Source: an uncultured Chloroflexia bacterium (GTDB lineage Bacteria > Chloroflexota > Limnocylindria > Limnocylindrales > CSP1-4). Taken from it: a DNA stretch of 64,000 bases. Positions 27,094 to 36,369 of this stretch are shown here, piece by piece. A program made the translations under genes and the position numbers. The stretch spans positions 65,302 to 129,301 of the forward strand of contig CAVWSL010000013.1 in NCBI GenBank assembly GCA_963757765.1, read 5' to 3'. The notes below the pieces were generated by a model. The model made no database searches. It had not been told where the DNA came from and saw nothing but the letters and a program-made list of their open reading frames with translations. The first letter of the stretch is position 1. Every line of letters starts with the position of its first letter.

Positions 27094-28374
27094 TCAGCGG
27101 CCGCGAAGGCGCGCCACCATCGCCCGAAGCTGTCCACCGGGCACGCGGGACACCGCCCGCTCGGGCGTGCCAGCGAGGATCATCCGCGTCTCGGTGTTCG
27201 GCGGCTCCCGCTCGTCGATGGCCCGGAGCAGACGTTCGACATCGAAGTGGCGGGCCACCAGCGCCCGGATCTCCGCGATCTTGTCCCGATCGGCCGGGTG
27301 CGTCTTGACCAGCAGGTCATGGATGCGCGACGCGGCAAGATAGGTGTCTTGCGGGATCAGGTAGGCGAACATGCCAGCCTGCCGGATGGCGTCCAGCTCA
27401 CGCTGCCGCGGGCGATAGCCACCGGTGAACACGAGCCCGGCGAGCTCCGTCCGTGACGGATCCTCCGACACCCGGCCGAACCGCGATCGGTCGCGCAGCC
27501 GGTCGAGCAGGCCGCTGTCCCGCTGGAGCGCCCGCTGCCGGCGGTTGGCGGCGATGGTCGCGTGCACGACGTCCTCGCGATCCCCGGGCACGATGAGCAG
27601 GCTGCCCGGTCCGATGCGCTCGATCACGTGGCGTGCTTGCATCGCCCCGATGGCCACGTGCTCGATGCGTCGGTCGAGGTCGTCACCGGCGTGGATCAGC
27701 TCGCCGGGCATCTGCTCCACGAGCATCGAGAGGGTCGGGTTGGAGAGGATGGGTCGATACGGCAGCGTGCCCAGCAGCTTGATGCCATGTCGGGCGAGAC
27801 CTTTGCGAAGCACATGCGGCAGGGTCGGGTTCGCGTCCTCGTCCACCTTGTTGACGACCGCGCCCAGGACTTCGACGCCGCGCCGCGCGAAGAGTGCGTG
27901 GTTGAGCACGATCTCGTCGATGGGCTTGCCCACGCCCGCCTCCGAGATGATGACTGCGGGGGCACCCAGGAGCGCCGCCACGTCCGCGTTCGAGAGCCCG
28001 ATGACCGAACCGACACCCGCGTGGCCGGTCCCCTCGACGAGCACGATGTCCCGATCCTGCGACGCGATGGCGTACGCGGCGAGGATGCGGGCACCAAGGT
28101 CGTCGGTCACCTCGCCGGCGATGAACGAGCTCGTGAACCCCCGCGGGATATGGACAGGGCTCATGACCCCGAGGTCGTCGGACAGTCCGAACACCGAGCG
28201 CATCAGGATCGCATCCTCGTCCGCTGCGATGCCCTCGACCACCGCATAGCGCTGACCGACCGGCTTCATGAAACCCGTGGCGAGGCCGCGGCCCAGGAGC
28301 GCAGCCAGCAGTCCGAGCGCGAACGTCGTCTTGCCGCGGTTCATGCCCGTGGCCGCGAGGTACACCTGTCGCAT
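27094..28374 (-). CDS. BioD/CobQ-like P-loop plus DRTGG domain protein (resembles the N-terminal two-thirds of long Pta; no PTA catalytic domain)
   Basis: Contains ATGMNRGKTTFALGL (P-loop) and LLIVPGDREDVV (DRTGG-like). The start is uncertain. I chose the ATG at 28374 so that the gene does not overlap the ilvE 3' end. Confidence 0.6.
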   Translation of the reverse strand: MRQVYLAATGMNRGKTTFALGLLAALLGRGLATGFMKPVGQRYAVVEGIAADEDAILMRSVFGLSDDLGVMSPVHIPRGFTSSFIAGEVTDDLGARILAAYAIASQDRDIVLVEGTGHAGVGSVIGLSNADVAALLGAPAVIISEAGVGKPIDEIVLNHALFARRGVEVLGAVVNKVDEDANPTLPHVLRKGLARHGIKLLGTLPYRPILSNPTLSMLVEQMPGELIHAGDDLDRRIEHVAIGAMQARHVIERIGPGSLLIVPGDREDVVHATIAANRRQRALQRDSGLLDRLRDRSRFGRVSEDPSRTELAGLVFTGGYRPRQRELDAIRQAGMFAYLIPQDTYLAASRIHDLLVKTHPADRDKIAEIRALVARHFDVERLLRAIDEREPPNTETRMILAGTPERAVSRVPGGQLRAMVARLRGR

Positions 28375-28418
28375 CGGGGTCAGGCCCATCTTCGGGGTCG
28401 GCGGGGGCGCAAGCCGAC

Positions 28419-29525
28419 TCAGGCGTCCAGGCGGGTCAGCCACCCATGACGATCCACGACTCGCCCGTACTGGATACCGGTAAGCTCCTCCCGCAGCGAC
28501 AGGGCGAGCGCCTGGGCTCCTGGGCCGGTCTGGACCATCTCGGCGTCGTCCGAGAGCAGCCGCCCGATGGGCACGATCACTGCCGCGGTGCCACAGGCGA
28601 ACGCACCCACGATCTCACCGGATGCGGCGCCCTCGCGCCACTCGGCCAGCGGCACCGCTCGACGCTCGACCGGGATCCCCCGGTCCGCGGCGAGCTGGAG
28701 GATGGAGTCACGCGTGATGCCCTCCAGGATGGACTCGGACTCCGGAGTGACGATGGAACCATCCCTCTTGACGAGCACGATGTTCATGCCACCCAGCTCC
28801 TCCAGGTTGCCCGCGTCGTCCAGGAACAGGACCTGCTGGCAGCCGTGCTCGTACGCCTCCGCCTGGGGCAGCAGGCTGGCCGCGTAGTTCCCGCCGGTCT
28901 TGGCGGCACCTGTGCCGCCACGGGCCGCACGCGCATACCGGGTCGACAGCCAGATGCTGATGGGCTCGACACCGCCCGGAAAGTACGCGCCGGCCGGGCT
29001 GGCGATGACGAAGAACGCGATCTTGTCGGCCGGCCGGACACCCAGGAATGCCTCCTTGGCGTACATGAACGGCCGAAGGTAGAGGCTCGTCTCGGGCGTG
29101 TGGGGCACCCACGCGCCGTCCACCGCGATCAGCTGTCGGAGCGCGTCGAGGAAATACTCCGTGGGCAGCTCGGGGAGGGCGACCCGGCGGGCGGAGCGCT
29201 GCATCCGGGCCGCGTTCGCCTCCGGTCGGAAGGTCCAGATCGAGCCGTCCGGATGCCGGTACGCCTTGAGCCCTTCGAAGATCTCCTGGGCGTAGTGGAG
29301 CACCGCTGCCGCCGGATCGAGCTGGATGGGTCCGTACGCCGATACCCGCGGCCGGTGCCAGGCACCGCCCTTCGACCAGCAGATGTCCACCATATGGTCG
29401 GTGAAGTGCTTGCCGAAGCCCGGGTTGGCCAGGATGGCCTCGCGCTCGGCATCGGGCAACGGATGATCGTTGCGGGTCACCGCCCACGTGAGCCCTGGTT
29501 CCGCGACGGGAAGCTGTGTCGTCAT
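28419..29525 (-). CDS. ilvE: Branched-chain amino acid aminotransferase
   Basis: Contains FGKHFTDHM, YAQEIFEGLKAYR, AAKTGGNYA, EELGGMNI and GITRDS. 368 aa from MTTQL. Confidence 0.9.
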   Translation of the reverse strand: MTTQLPVAEPGLTWAVTRNDHPLPDAEREAILANPGFGKHFTDHMVDICWSKGGAWHRPRVSAYGPIQLDPAAAVLHYAQEIFEGLKAYRHPDGSIWTFRPEANAARMQRSARRVALPELPTEYFLDALRQLIAVDGAWVPHTPETSLYLRPFMYAKEAFLGVRPADKIAFFVIASPAGAYFPGGVEPISIWLSTRYARAARGGTGAAKTGGNYAASLLPQAEAYEHGCQQVLFLDDAGNLEELGGMNIVLVKRDGSIVTPESESILEGITRDSILQLAADRGIPVERRAVPLAEWREGAASGEIVGAFACGTAAVIVPIGRLLSDDAEMVQTGPGAQALALSLREELTGIQYGRVVDRHGWLTRLDA

Positions 29526-29611
29526 GCGTATCTCGTCCTCGTACCGCTCCAACACCCGTCAGCATGCCATGGGTGGGGACCGCGGGCCATCGTTCCGGGC
29601 CTGTGAGTTCG

Positions 29612-29686
29612 CCCTGAGCCCGGAGTCGGCCTGCAACCCTGAGCCCGGAGTCGGCCTGCAACCCTGGGCCCGGAGTCGCCCTGCAG
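29612..29686. repeat. Tandem repeat, 3 x 25 bp, in the ilvE/HAD divergent intergenic region
   Basis: CCCTGAGCCCGGAGTCGGCCTGCAA occurs twice perfectly (29612-29636 and 29637-29661). A third unit, CCCTGGGCCCGGAGTCGCCCTGCAG (29662-29686), has 3 changes. Confidence 0.9.
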
Positions 29687-29880
29687 ATGATCAGGCGGAT
29701 GGAGCACGGCGATCGGCGCGTCGATGCGCCCCGCGACTCGCGACGGCCGCCGGCCGGCCGCTGATGAGCCGCGCGACTCAGGACGCGGACGGATGCCGAT
29801 GCCGCTGGACCTTACCGGCCCCATCAACCGCTCCGCGACTCATCGGCCACGTACCAGCATCCTCCCGGTACCATCGACCC

Positions 29881-30504
29881 GTGACGCAGCAGACCGCCCT
29901 CACCACCGTCGTCTTCGACCTGGGCGGGGTCCTCATCGACTGGGACCCTCGCCACCTCTACCGCCAGATGTTCGCCGACCCCCAGGAGATGGAGGTCTTC
30001 CTGCGCGACATCGTCAGCCCCGACTGGAACGCCGAGCAGGACGGCGGCCGCACGTGGGCGGAGGCGACGGCCATCCTGATGGCGCAGCATCCCGAGCACG
30101 AGCAGATGATCCGAGCCTACGTCGACCGCTGGCAGGAGATGCTCGCGGGGTCGTTCGAGGGAACGGTGTCGATCCTCGCCGAGCTCCGAGACCGGGGGAT
30201 CCCGATCTATGCACTCACCAACTGGTCTGCCGAGACCTTCCCGCGGGCGAGAGGCATGTTCCCGTTCCTGGCCTGGTTCCAGGGGATCGTCGTCTCGGGC
30301 GACGAGGGCATCCGCAAGCCCGACCCGGAGATCTGGCGCCGACTCATCGGCCGCTATGAACTCGATCCGACCCGGACGGTCTACATCGATGATGTGCCGC
30401 GAAACGTGGATGTCGCGACCGAGCTCGGGTTTCGGGCCATCCACTTCACGGATGCGCCCGCGCTCCGGGTACGTCTCCTGGACCTGGGAGTCCTGAGCGG
30501 CTGA
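29881..30504 (+). CDS. HAD-superfamily hydrolase, subfamily IA
   Basis: Contains VVFDLGGVLID (motif I), LTNWS (motif II), K...DDV (motifs III/IV) and GIRKPDPEIW. GTG start, 207 aa. Confidence 0.8.
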   Translation: MTQQTALTTVVFDLGGVLIDWDPRHLYRQMFADPQEMEVFLRDIVSPDWNAEQDGGRTWAEATAILMAQHPEHEQMIRAYVDRWQEMLAGSFEGTVSILAELRDRGIPIYALTNWSAETFPRARGMFPFLAWFQGIVVSGDEGIRKPDPEIWRRLIGRYELDPTRTVYIDDVPRNVDVATELGFRAIHFTDAPALRVRLLDLGVLSG

Positions 30505-30527
30505 AGGTCGGGATCAGCAGTGATGTG

Positions 30528-30553
30528 GTTGTGTAGGCTATGGCCTACACAAC
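30528..30553. terminator. Bidirectional hairpin between convergent genes
   Basis: GTTGTGTAGGC-TATG-GCCTACACAAC forms a perfect 11-bp stem. It lies between the HAD stop (30504) and the stop of the minus-strand ORF (30564). Confidence 0.6.
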
Positions 30554-30563
30554 ACGGACCCGA

Positions 30564-31010
30564 TCAGGTACGCTCGTGCGCCGTGGTTCGTCGCTCCACC
30601 AGGGCCACCGCATCCTTCAGCCGAGTGAGCGTCTCCTCGTCGATGGTGTCCGTATCGGCGTGGGGACCGAGCCGCTCCAGCAGGTCGACGATGAGGCCGA
30701 AGAAGACGTTCGCGTCCGCGAGGAAGAACTGCGGCTCGTTGTTGTAGCGGACCAGCGTCAGCCGACCCTGGAGCACCCGACGCTCGTCCACATGCGCGAT
30801 CTGGGTCGCGAAGTTGTGGCCCTGGATGCCGTCGGGGTTATTGAGGAAGTTGAGGGCGTTGTCGATGGCAAGACCGAACCTGGCGCGCCAGGCCACCAGC
30901 CGCTCGTGGACCTCGTTCGGGATACGGACCTCTGCGACCTGGTCGAAGACGTCCGGGCTGACCGTCAGCAGCCCGACCAACGTCGTGCCGGCGCGCGCGC
31001 CGAGCATCAC
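30564..31010 (-). CDS. Hypothetical protein (147-148 aa), no family recognised
   Basis: Protein-like composition (…DVFDQVAEVRIPNEVHERLVAWRARFGLAIDNALNFLNNPDGIQGHNF…). The start (GTG 31010 or ATG 31007) overlaps the stop of the upstream small ORF. Confidence 0.5.
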   Translation of the reverse strand: MMLGARAGTTLVGLLTVSPDVFDQVAEVRIPNEVHERLVAWRARFGLAIDNALNFLNNPDGIQGHNFATQIAHVDERRVLQGRLTLVRYNNEPQFFLADANVFFGLIVDLLERLGPHADTDTIDEETLTRLKDAVALVERRTTAHERT

Positions 31011-31174
31011 CTGGAGGATCGCTCGAGCGTGAACACCTCGGAATCGAATCGTGGGCTGGTGATGACGTCGGTCAGCAGGTCCTCGACGTTGTCGAGCATC
31101 CCAGGTTCCGCGACGGCATTGGACAGGTGGAGGATCTCCTCCTTGAACAGGAACTGTTCTTCGTGGTCGAGCAT
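31007..31174 (-). CDS. Small acidic ORF (55 aa) coupled to the downstream hypothetical gene, or the frameshifted N-terminus of that gene
   Basis: My own translation gives MLDHEEQFLFKEEILHLSNAVAEPGMLDNVEDLLTDVITSPRFDSEVFTLERSSR*. It is below the 60-aa track cutoff. Its TGA shares a base with the next ATG (TGATG). Confidence 0.3.
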   Translation of the reverse strand: MLDHEEQFLFKEEILHLSNAVAEPGMLDNVEDLLTDVITSPRFDSEVFTLERSSR

Positions 31175-31206
31175 CGCGCCGGATGGTACACCGCGAGGAC
31201 GTCCGC

Positions 31207-31669
31207 TCAGCAGACGCTCATCGGCACCATCGTGGACTGGCAGGCCTCCAGCGGGGACACGCCGATCACGGGGTCATGGATGGTGGAGGCGGCCGTACCG
31301 CACGCCACGACGGTGAGCGGTCCGGTGATGGTCCCCTGGACGGTGCCGGGCCAACCGTCCAGGGGAATGTCGGATCGTATGGCTCGCGGGACACATCGAA
31401 GTCGTCCACCGTGATCTCGTTGGTCGAGACCAGGTGGAACGCGTCGACCCCAGGCACACCACGACTGCTGCTGGTGATGGGGTCCCCAGGCCATCCAGGA
31501 ACCGGACGGGTGGCCACGAGAACGGCGTTGGCGACGCGAGACACTCGCTGCTGGCCGCGGCGACACAGGGCGATGGCGGCGCCGATGCAAGCGGAGAGCC
31601 GATCGGCGCGGCACGCTGCGCCATCGCACCGATGCCCGAGGCCATCAGCATGCCGATGACGAGCACCAT
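31207..31669 (-). pseudogene. Secreted/membrane-anchored Cys-containing protein gene broken across three frames
   Basis: There are three consecutive protein-like segments, each in a different frame. They are MVLVIGMLMASGIGAMAQRAAP... (signal-like), then ...GVDAFHLVSTNEITVDDFDVSREPYDPTFP, then LDGWPGTVQGTITGPLTVVACGTAASTIHDPVIGVSPLEACQSTMVPMSVC*. Confidence 0.35.
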
Positions 31670-31754
31670 GATGACGATGCTCGGGGCCAGGGGGCGGGCA
31701 GGTGTGGGTGTCGTCGCGGCACCCTGGCAGGTGGATGCCGCCGTGCGCGAAGGT

Positions 31755-33020
31755 CTAGGGGTACAGACCCCGGAGCGCGGTGGCGCTCGCGACACGATCC
31801 ACGGCCAGCAGGTACGCGGCCGTGCGCATGTCGCACGTCTCACGCTTGGCCATCGCGAGCACCTCGCCGAATGATCGGTCCATGATCTCCTTGAGCTTGG
31901 CGTTGACCACGGACTCGGTCCAGTGGTCGCGGTTGAGGTCCTGGACCCACTCGAAGTAGGACACCGTCACGCCACCGGCGTTGCACAGGATGTCGGGGAT
32001 GAGGAACACGCCGCGCTGCGCGAGGATGTCATCGGCATCTGGGGTCGTCGGGCCGTTGGCGGCCTCGGCGACCAGGCGAGCCTTGATGCGTCGGGCGTTC
32101 GCCGACGTGATCTGGTTCTCGAGGGCGGCCGGGACCAGGATGTCGCAGTCCAGCTCGAGCAGGGCCGCATTGGAGACGTCGACCGCACCCGGGAAGCCCT
32201 GGACCGTGCCGTGCTCGGACTTCCAGGTCTGGACCGCCTTCACATCCAGGCCGCGCGGATTGCTGATGCCGCCCGACGAGTCGGACACGGCCACGATCCG
32301 AGCGCCCAGCCCGGCGAGCAGGACCGCCGACGTGGCGCCCGCGTTGCCGAAGCCCTGGACCACGACCCGAGAGCCCGCGAGGGCCATGCCCAGGTGTGCA
32401 GCAGCTGACTCGATGCAGTAGACGGCGCCGCGCGCGGTCGCCTCCGCACGCCCTTCGGAGCCACCCAGCGACACCGGCTTGCCCGTCACGACGCCGGGGA
32501 CCGTGTGGCCCGCATGCATCGAGTAGGTGTCCATGATCCAGGCCATGACCTGGGCATTGGTGTTGACGTCCGGTGCCGGGATGTCCCGCTCGGGACCGAT
32601 GAGCACCCCCAGCTCGGTCGTGAACCGGCGCGTCAGGCCCTCGAGCTCACGCTTGGAAAGCTGCTTAGGGTCGACGGCCACGCCACCCTTGCCACCACCG
32701 AACGGGATGCCCACGACTGCGCACTTCCAGGTCATCCACATGGCGAGAGCCTTGACCTCGTCGAGGTTGACGTCCTGGTGGTACCGCAGGCCCCCCTTGG
32801 CAGGGCCCCGGACGATGTTGTGGTGGACTCGGTAGCCGGTGAAGACACGGACGCTCCCGTCATCCATCTTCACCGGGAAGTGGACCTTGAACTCCCGCTG
32901 GGGCTCGCGGAGCACCAGGCGCATGCCCGGGTCCAGCCCAAGGAGCTCTGCCGCGCGGTCGAACTGACGTTGGGCCACATGCCACGTGTTGACGGTCTCG
33001 GTGGCCTGCTCGATGGTCAT
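31755..33020 (-). CDS. gdh: NAD(P)-dependent glutamate dehydrogenase (Glu/Leu/Phe/Val dehydrogenase family)
   Basis: Contains GPAKGGLRYH, MTWKCAVVGIPFGGGKGG and VVVQGFGNAG (Rossmann). 421 aa from MTIEQATE (ATG at 33020). Confidence 0.9.
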   Translation of the reverse strand: MTIEQATETVNTWHVAQRQFDRAAELLGLDPGMRLVLREPQREFKVHFPVKMDDGSVRVFTGYRVHHNIVRGPAKGGLRYHQDVNLDEVKALAMWMTWKCAVVGIPFGGGKGGVAVDPKQLSKRELEGLTRRFTTELGVLIGPERDIPAPDVNTNAQVMAWIMDTYSMHAGHTVPGVVTGKPVSLGGSEGRAEATARGAVYCIESAAAHLGMALAGSRVVVQGFGNAGATSAVLLAGLGARIVAVSDSSGGISNPRGLDVKAVQTWKSEHGTVQGFPGAVDVSNAALLELDCDILVPAALENQITSANARRIKARLVAEAANGPTTPDADDILAQRGVFLIPDILCNAGGVTVSYFEWVQDLNRDHWTESVVNAKLKEIMDRSFGEVLAMAKRETCDMRTAAYLLAVDRVASATALRGLYP

Positions 33021-33465
33021 CTGGGTCGTGATCCTCGCGAGATATGGCGAGCGCCGAGCCCCGGTACCGATGGGCGGGCTGGCTCGAATGTGCGACGAAT
33101 TGAGCCAAGGGTACACCGGGCGGCCGCTTCGACGACGTGACGAAGGTACCGAGCCGCTACCCGCGCGATACCAGACTGCAACCGTCACGACAGGCGGCGC
33201 TCCCGGCCGCTGCCGCCTTGCAGCACCGCCTACCGGGCGCGACCCACCGTATGGGTGAGTTCGACACACCGGCACGAGGTAACGCGCAGTTGACCCAGGG
33301 CACGGGCAACTCCGGCCCCGAACGCGCGGATCCGCATGATCGATGCATCCCGTGGGTCGGATCGGCCAGCCCAGGCCGGCCGCCGGTCAGACTCACCCAT
33401 GGGGTGGGTACGGCCAGCGCTGCCCGGGCCGAGCCTCTGCCTCCGGGCGGCTAGCATGTCCGACC

Positions 33466-34206
33466 ATGACCCAACCCGACGGCGCCCACTCCCGCCACTG
33501 CCTGGTGACCGGCGCCTCGTCGGGGATCGGCTGGGCCGTTGCGGAGCGGCTGCTCGCGGACGGCTGGACCGTGACGGCCCTGGTACGACGACCGGTGGCG
33601 CCGCCGGGGGTTCGCATCGTGGTCGGTGATGCCACGTCCGTCACCGACCTCCAGGCCGCCCTCGACCGCGCCGCGGACGACGCGGGGGCACTCCAGGGCC
33701 TGGTATGCGCCGCCGGCGTGCCGCCCTCGGGGCCGTGGGATGACGCCGACCACTGGGCCGACACCCTCCGCGTCGACCTGACGGCTCCATTCGATGCCGT
33801 GCGGCTGGGCTGGCCGCGGCTGGTCATCGGTCGTGCCTCGGTCGTCCTCATCGGGAGCATCGTCGGAGCCGCCGAGGGGTCGCTCCGCTCGCCCGCGTAC
33901 GCAGCCGCGAAGGCCGGCCTCGAAGGACTGTGTCGGTCGCTCGCGGTCGTCGGCGGACCGGACGGCGTGCGCGTGAATGTCGTGGCACCGGGCGCCATCG
34001 ACACCCCCTTCGATGCCGCGGCGTTCCCGGCGGACGTGCGGCCTGACGTGCCACTTGGCCGGATGGGCACGGCGGAGGAGGTGGCGGCCATCGTGGCGCT
34101 CCTGCTGTCCGGGGAGACGGCCTATGTCACGGGAGCGACCTGGCGGGTCGATGGCGGCCGGACGGCACTCTCCCCCACCAGCGCGGCGACCCGAGCCCGC
34201 GGGTGA
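33466..34206 (+). CDS. Short-chain dehydrogenase/reductase (SDR)
   Basis: Contains VTGASSGIGWAVA (TGxxxGIG), a catalytic S...YAAAK triad and NVVAPGAIDTP. 246 aa from the ATG at 33466. Confidence 0.85.
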   Translation: MTQPDGAHSRHCLVTGASSGIGWAVAERLLADGWTVTALVRRPVAPPGVRIVVGDATSVTDLQAALDRAADDAGALQGLVCAAGVPPSGPWDDADHWADTLRVDLTAPFDAVRLGWPRLVIGRASVVLIGSIVGAAEGSLRSPAYAAAKAGLEGLCRSLAVVGGPDGVRVNVVAPGAIDTPFDAAAFPADVRPDVPLGRMGTAEEVAAIVALLLSGETAYVTGATWRVDGGRTALSPTSAATRARG

Positions 34207-34766
34207 CCGACCCCGACGGGACACCGGTCGGACCCTGGCGACGGCGATCGCGTGCGGTCGCCTATGAGAACGCGTGGATCACGGTCTTCCATGACGAGGT
34301 CGTGCGCCCGGACGGCACCCCCGGCATCTACGGCGTGGTCCATTTCCGGAACAGCGCGGTCGGGGTCGTGGCCATCGATGACCAGGACCGGGTGGCGCTC
34401 GTGGCCCAGCATCGGTACACCCTCGACCGTCGGTCGTGGGAGATCCCGGAGGGCGGGGCCGCACCCGATGAAGGGCCGCTCGCCGGCGCCCAGCGGGAGC
34501 TTCGGGAGGAGGCCGGCGTCGAAGCCGCGGAATGGCGCGAGGTCGCCCGGGTCCACATCTCCAACTCCGTGACCGACGAGCTCGCGACCCTGTACCTCGC
34601 GACCGGCCTGACGCATGGCCCAACCGCGCTGGAGTCGACCGAGATGGACCTGACGCTCGACTGGGTGCCCTTCGACGAGGTGATGGCGATGGTCATGGAT
34701 GGCCGCATCACGGACGCGATGTCGGTGGTGGCACTCCAGCGGGTCGCCCTGGAGCGACCGCGCTAA
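34203..34766 (+). CDS. NUDIX hydrolase (ADP-ribose pyrophosphatase-like)
   Basis: Nudix box G..........AQRELREEAGV. 187 aa. GTGA overlap with the SDR gene. Confidence 0.85.
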   Translation: MTDPDGTPVGPWRRRSRAVAYENAWITVFHDEVVRPDGTPGIYGVVHFRNSAVGVVAIDDQDRVALVAQHRYTLDRRSWEIPEGGAAPDEGPLAGAQRELREEAGVEAAEWREVARVHISNSVTDELATLYLATGLTHGPTALESTEMDLTLDWVPFDEVMAMVMDGRITDAMSVVALQRVALERPR

Positions 34767-34840
34767 CGAAGGTTCGACCCGGCGGGGTGCCGCCGGGTCG
34801 ATGGATGTGCGATGGGTGGCGGGCCTGCGGGGCCCCGCCG

Positions 34841-36307
34841 CTAGGACGCGAGGACCGTGCCGGCCTCGGCTTCGCCCTCCGCGACGACGCCGTCCTCGAC
34901 GTCGAGCTCGGGATGTGCCATCCGCACCTGGCGCGGGATGGCGAACGCCGCCACCGAGCCGAGGGCCACGAACGCGGCGCCGATGAGGATGGCCGGCCTG
35001 AGGCCGTCCACGAACGTGGTCGGGGTCGCGTAGCCGCCGAAGCTGCTGAACACGGAGGCCAGGATGGCCACCCCGAACACACCACCGACCTCACGGATGG
35101 CGTTGTTGGCACCGGATGCCTGTCCCTCCTCCTTCGGTCGGACGGCGCTCAGCACGACGTTCGCGACCGGTGCGAAGAAGAGGCCCATGCCGATACCCGA
35201 GATGATGAACGGCAGCACGAGCTGCGCGTAGTCGACGGTCGGCGTCACGACGAGACCGAGCCACGCGAGGCCGATCGCCTGCATCGCGAGGCCGACACCC
35301 ATGAGCACGCCACCGCCGATGCGGTCGGAGGACGCGCCAGCGATGGGCGCGATGAAGATGGGCGCCAGGGTCCAGGGCAGGATCTTCAAGCCCGCCTGGA
35401 AGGGCGAGTTGTGGAGCACGATCTGGAGGTACTGGCTGAGCAGGAAGATGGCACCGAACATCCCGAAGTACATCAGGAGGGACGCCAGGTTGGCCATCGA
35501 GAAGGCCCGGCTCTTGAAGAAGTAGAGCGGCAGCATCGGCGCGGTCGCGCGTCGCTCCCACCATGCGAAGGCGGTCAGGAGCGCGATGCCGACGGCGAAG
35601 CTGACGAGGATGGTGGCGCTGGTCCAGCCCAGCTCGTTGCCCTTGATGACAGCCCAGACCACGGCCAGCAGGCCGCCGCTGACGAGCAGCACGCCCGGGA
35701 TGTCGAGCTTGTTCGCCGGTCCGCGGCTCTCCGTCAAGCGCAGGAGGCCGAACGGGATGAGGACGAGGCCGATGGGCACGTTGAGCCAGAAGATCCAGTG
35801 CCAGTTGATGCCTTCCACGATGGCGCCACCGACGAGGGGGCCAAGGGCGACAGCCAGACCACCGATGGCGCCCCAGGCGCCGAGCGCCACGCCACGTCGC
35901 TCGGCCGGCACGGCCGCGCTCAGCAGCGTCAGGGTGAGGGGCACCACGAATGCGGCACCGGTGCCCTGGAGTGCACGGGCGATGATGAGCGTCTCGATGC
36001 TGTTGGAGAGCGCGGCGCCGGCCGAGGCGAGCGTGAACAGCGTCAGCCCGGCGACGAACATGCGGCGCCGACCGAAGCGGTCACCAAGGGCGGCCGCAGG
36101 CAGCAACAGCACCGCGAAGGTGAGGGTGTAGGCGTTGACCGTCCACTCCAGGCCTTCGAGGGTGGCGTTGAGGTCGGCCTTGATGGTCGGGAGCGCGGTG
36201 CTCACGACGAGGTTGTCGAGGACCACCATCAGCAGCGCGACGGCCGTGATGACGAAGGTCCAACGGGCGTTGGATCTCGGTTGCTCGGTCAAGTGTCTGG
36301 TCTCCAT
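34841..36307 (-). CDS. MFS transporter, DHA2 (14-TM EmrB/QacA-like) drug:H+ antiporter
   Basis: 488 aa, about 14 hydrophobic helices, LGDRFGRRRMF motif A. Confidence 0.9.
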   Translation of the reverse strand: METRHLTEQPRSNARWTFVITAVALLMVVLDNLVVSTALPTIKADLNATLEGLEWTVNAYTLTFAVLLLPAAALGDRFGRRRMFVAGLTLFTLASAGAALSNSIETLIIARALQGTGAAFVVPLTLTLLSAAVPAERRGVALGAWGAIGGLAVALGPLVGGAIVEGINWHWIFWLNVPIGLVLIPFGLLRLTESRGPANKLDIPGVLLVSGGLLAVVWAVIKGNELGWTSATILVSFAVGIALLTAFAWWERRATAPMLPLYFFKSRAFSMANLASLLMYFGMFGAIFLLSQYLQIVLHNSPFQAGLKILPWTLAPIFIAPIAGASSDRIGGGVLMGVGLAMQAIGLAWLGLVVTPTVDYAQLVLPFIISGIGMGLFFAPVANVVLSAVRPKEEGQASGANNAIREVGGVFGVAILASVFSSFGGYATPTTFVDGLRPAILIGAAFVALGSVAAFAIPRQVRMAHPELDVEDGVVAEGEAEAGTVLAS

Positions 36308-36369
36308 GTCTGTGTGGTTCGTGTCGCCGGGATGTCGGCGTCAGCGGTGGGAGGTGTCCGGGTCGCGGG

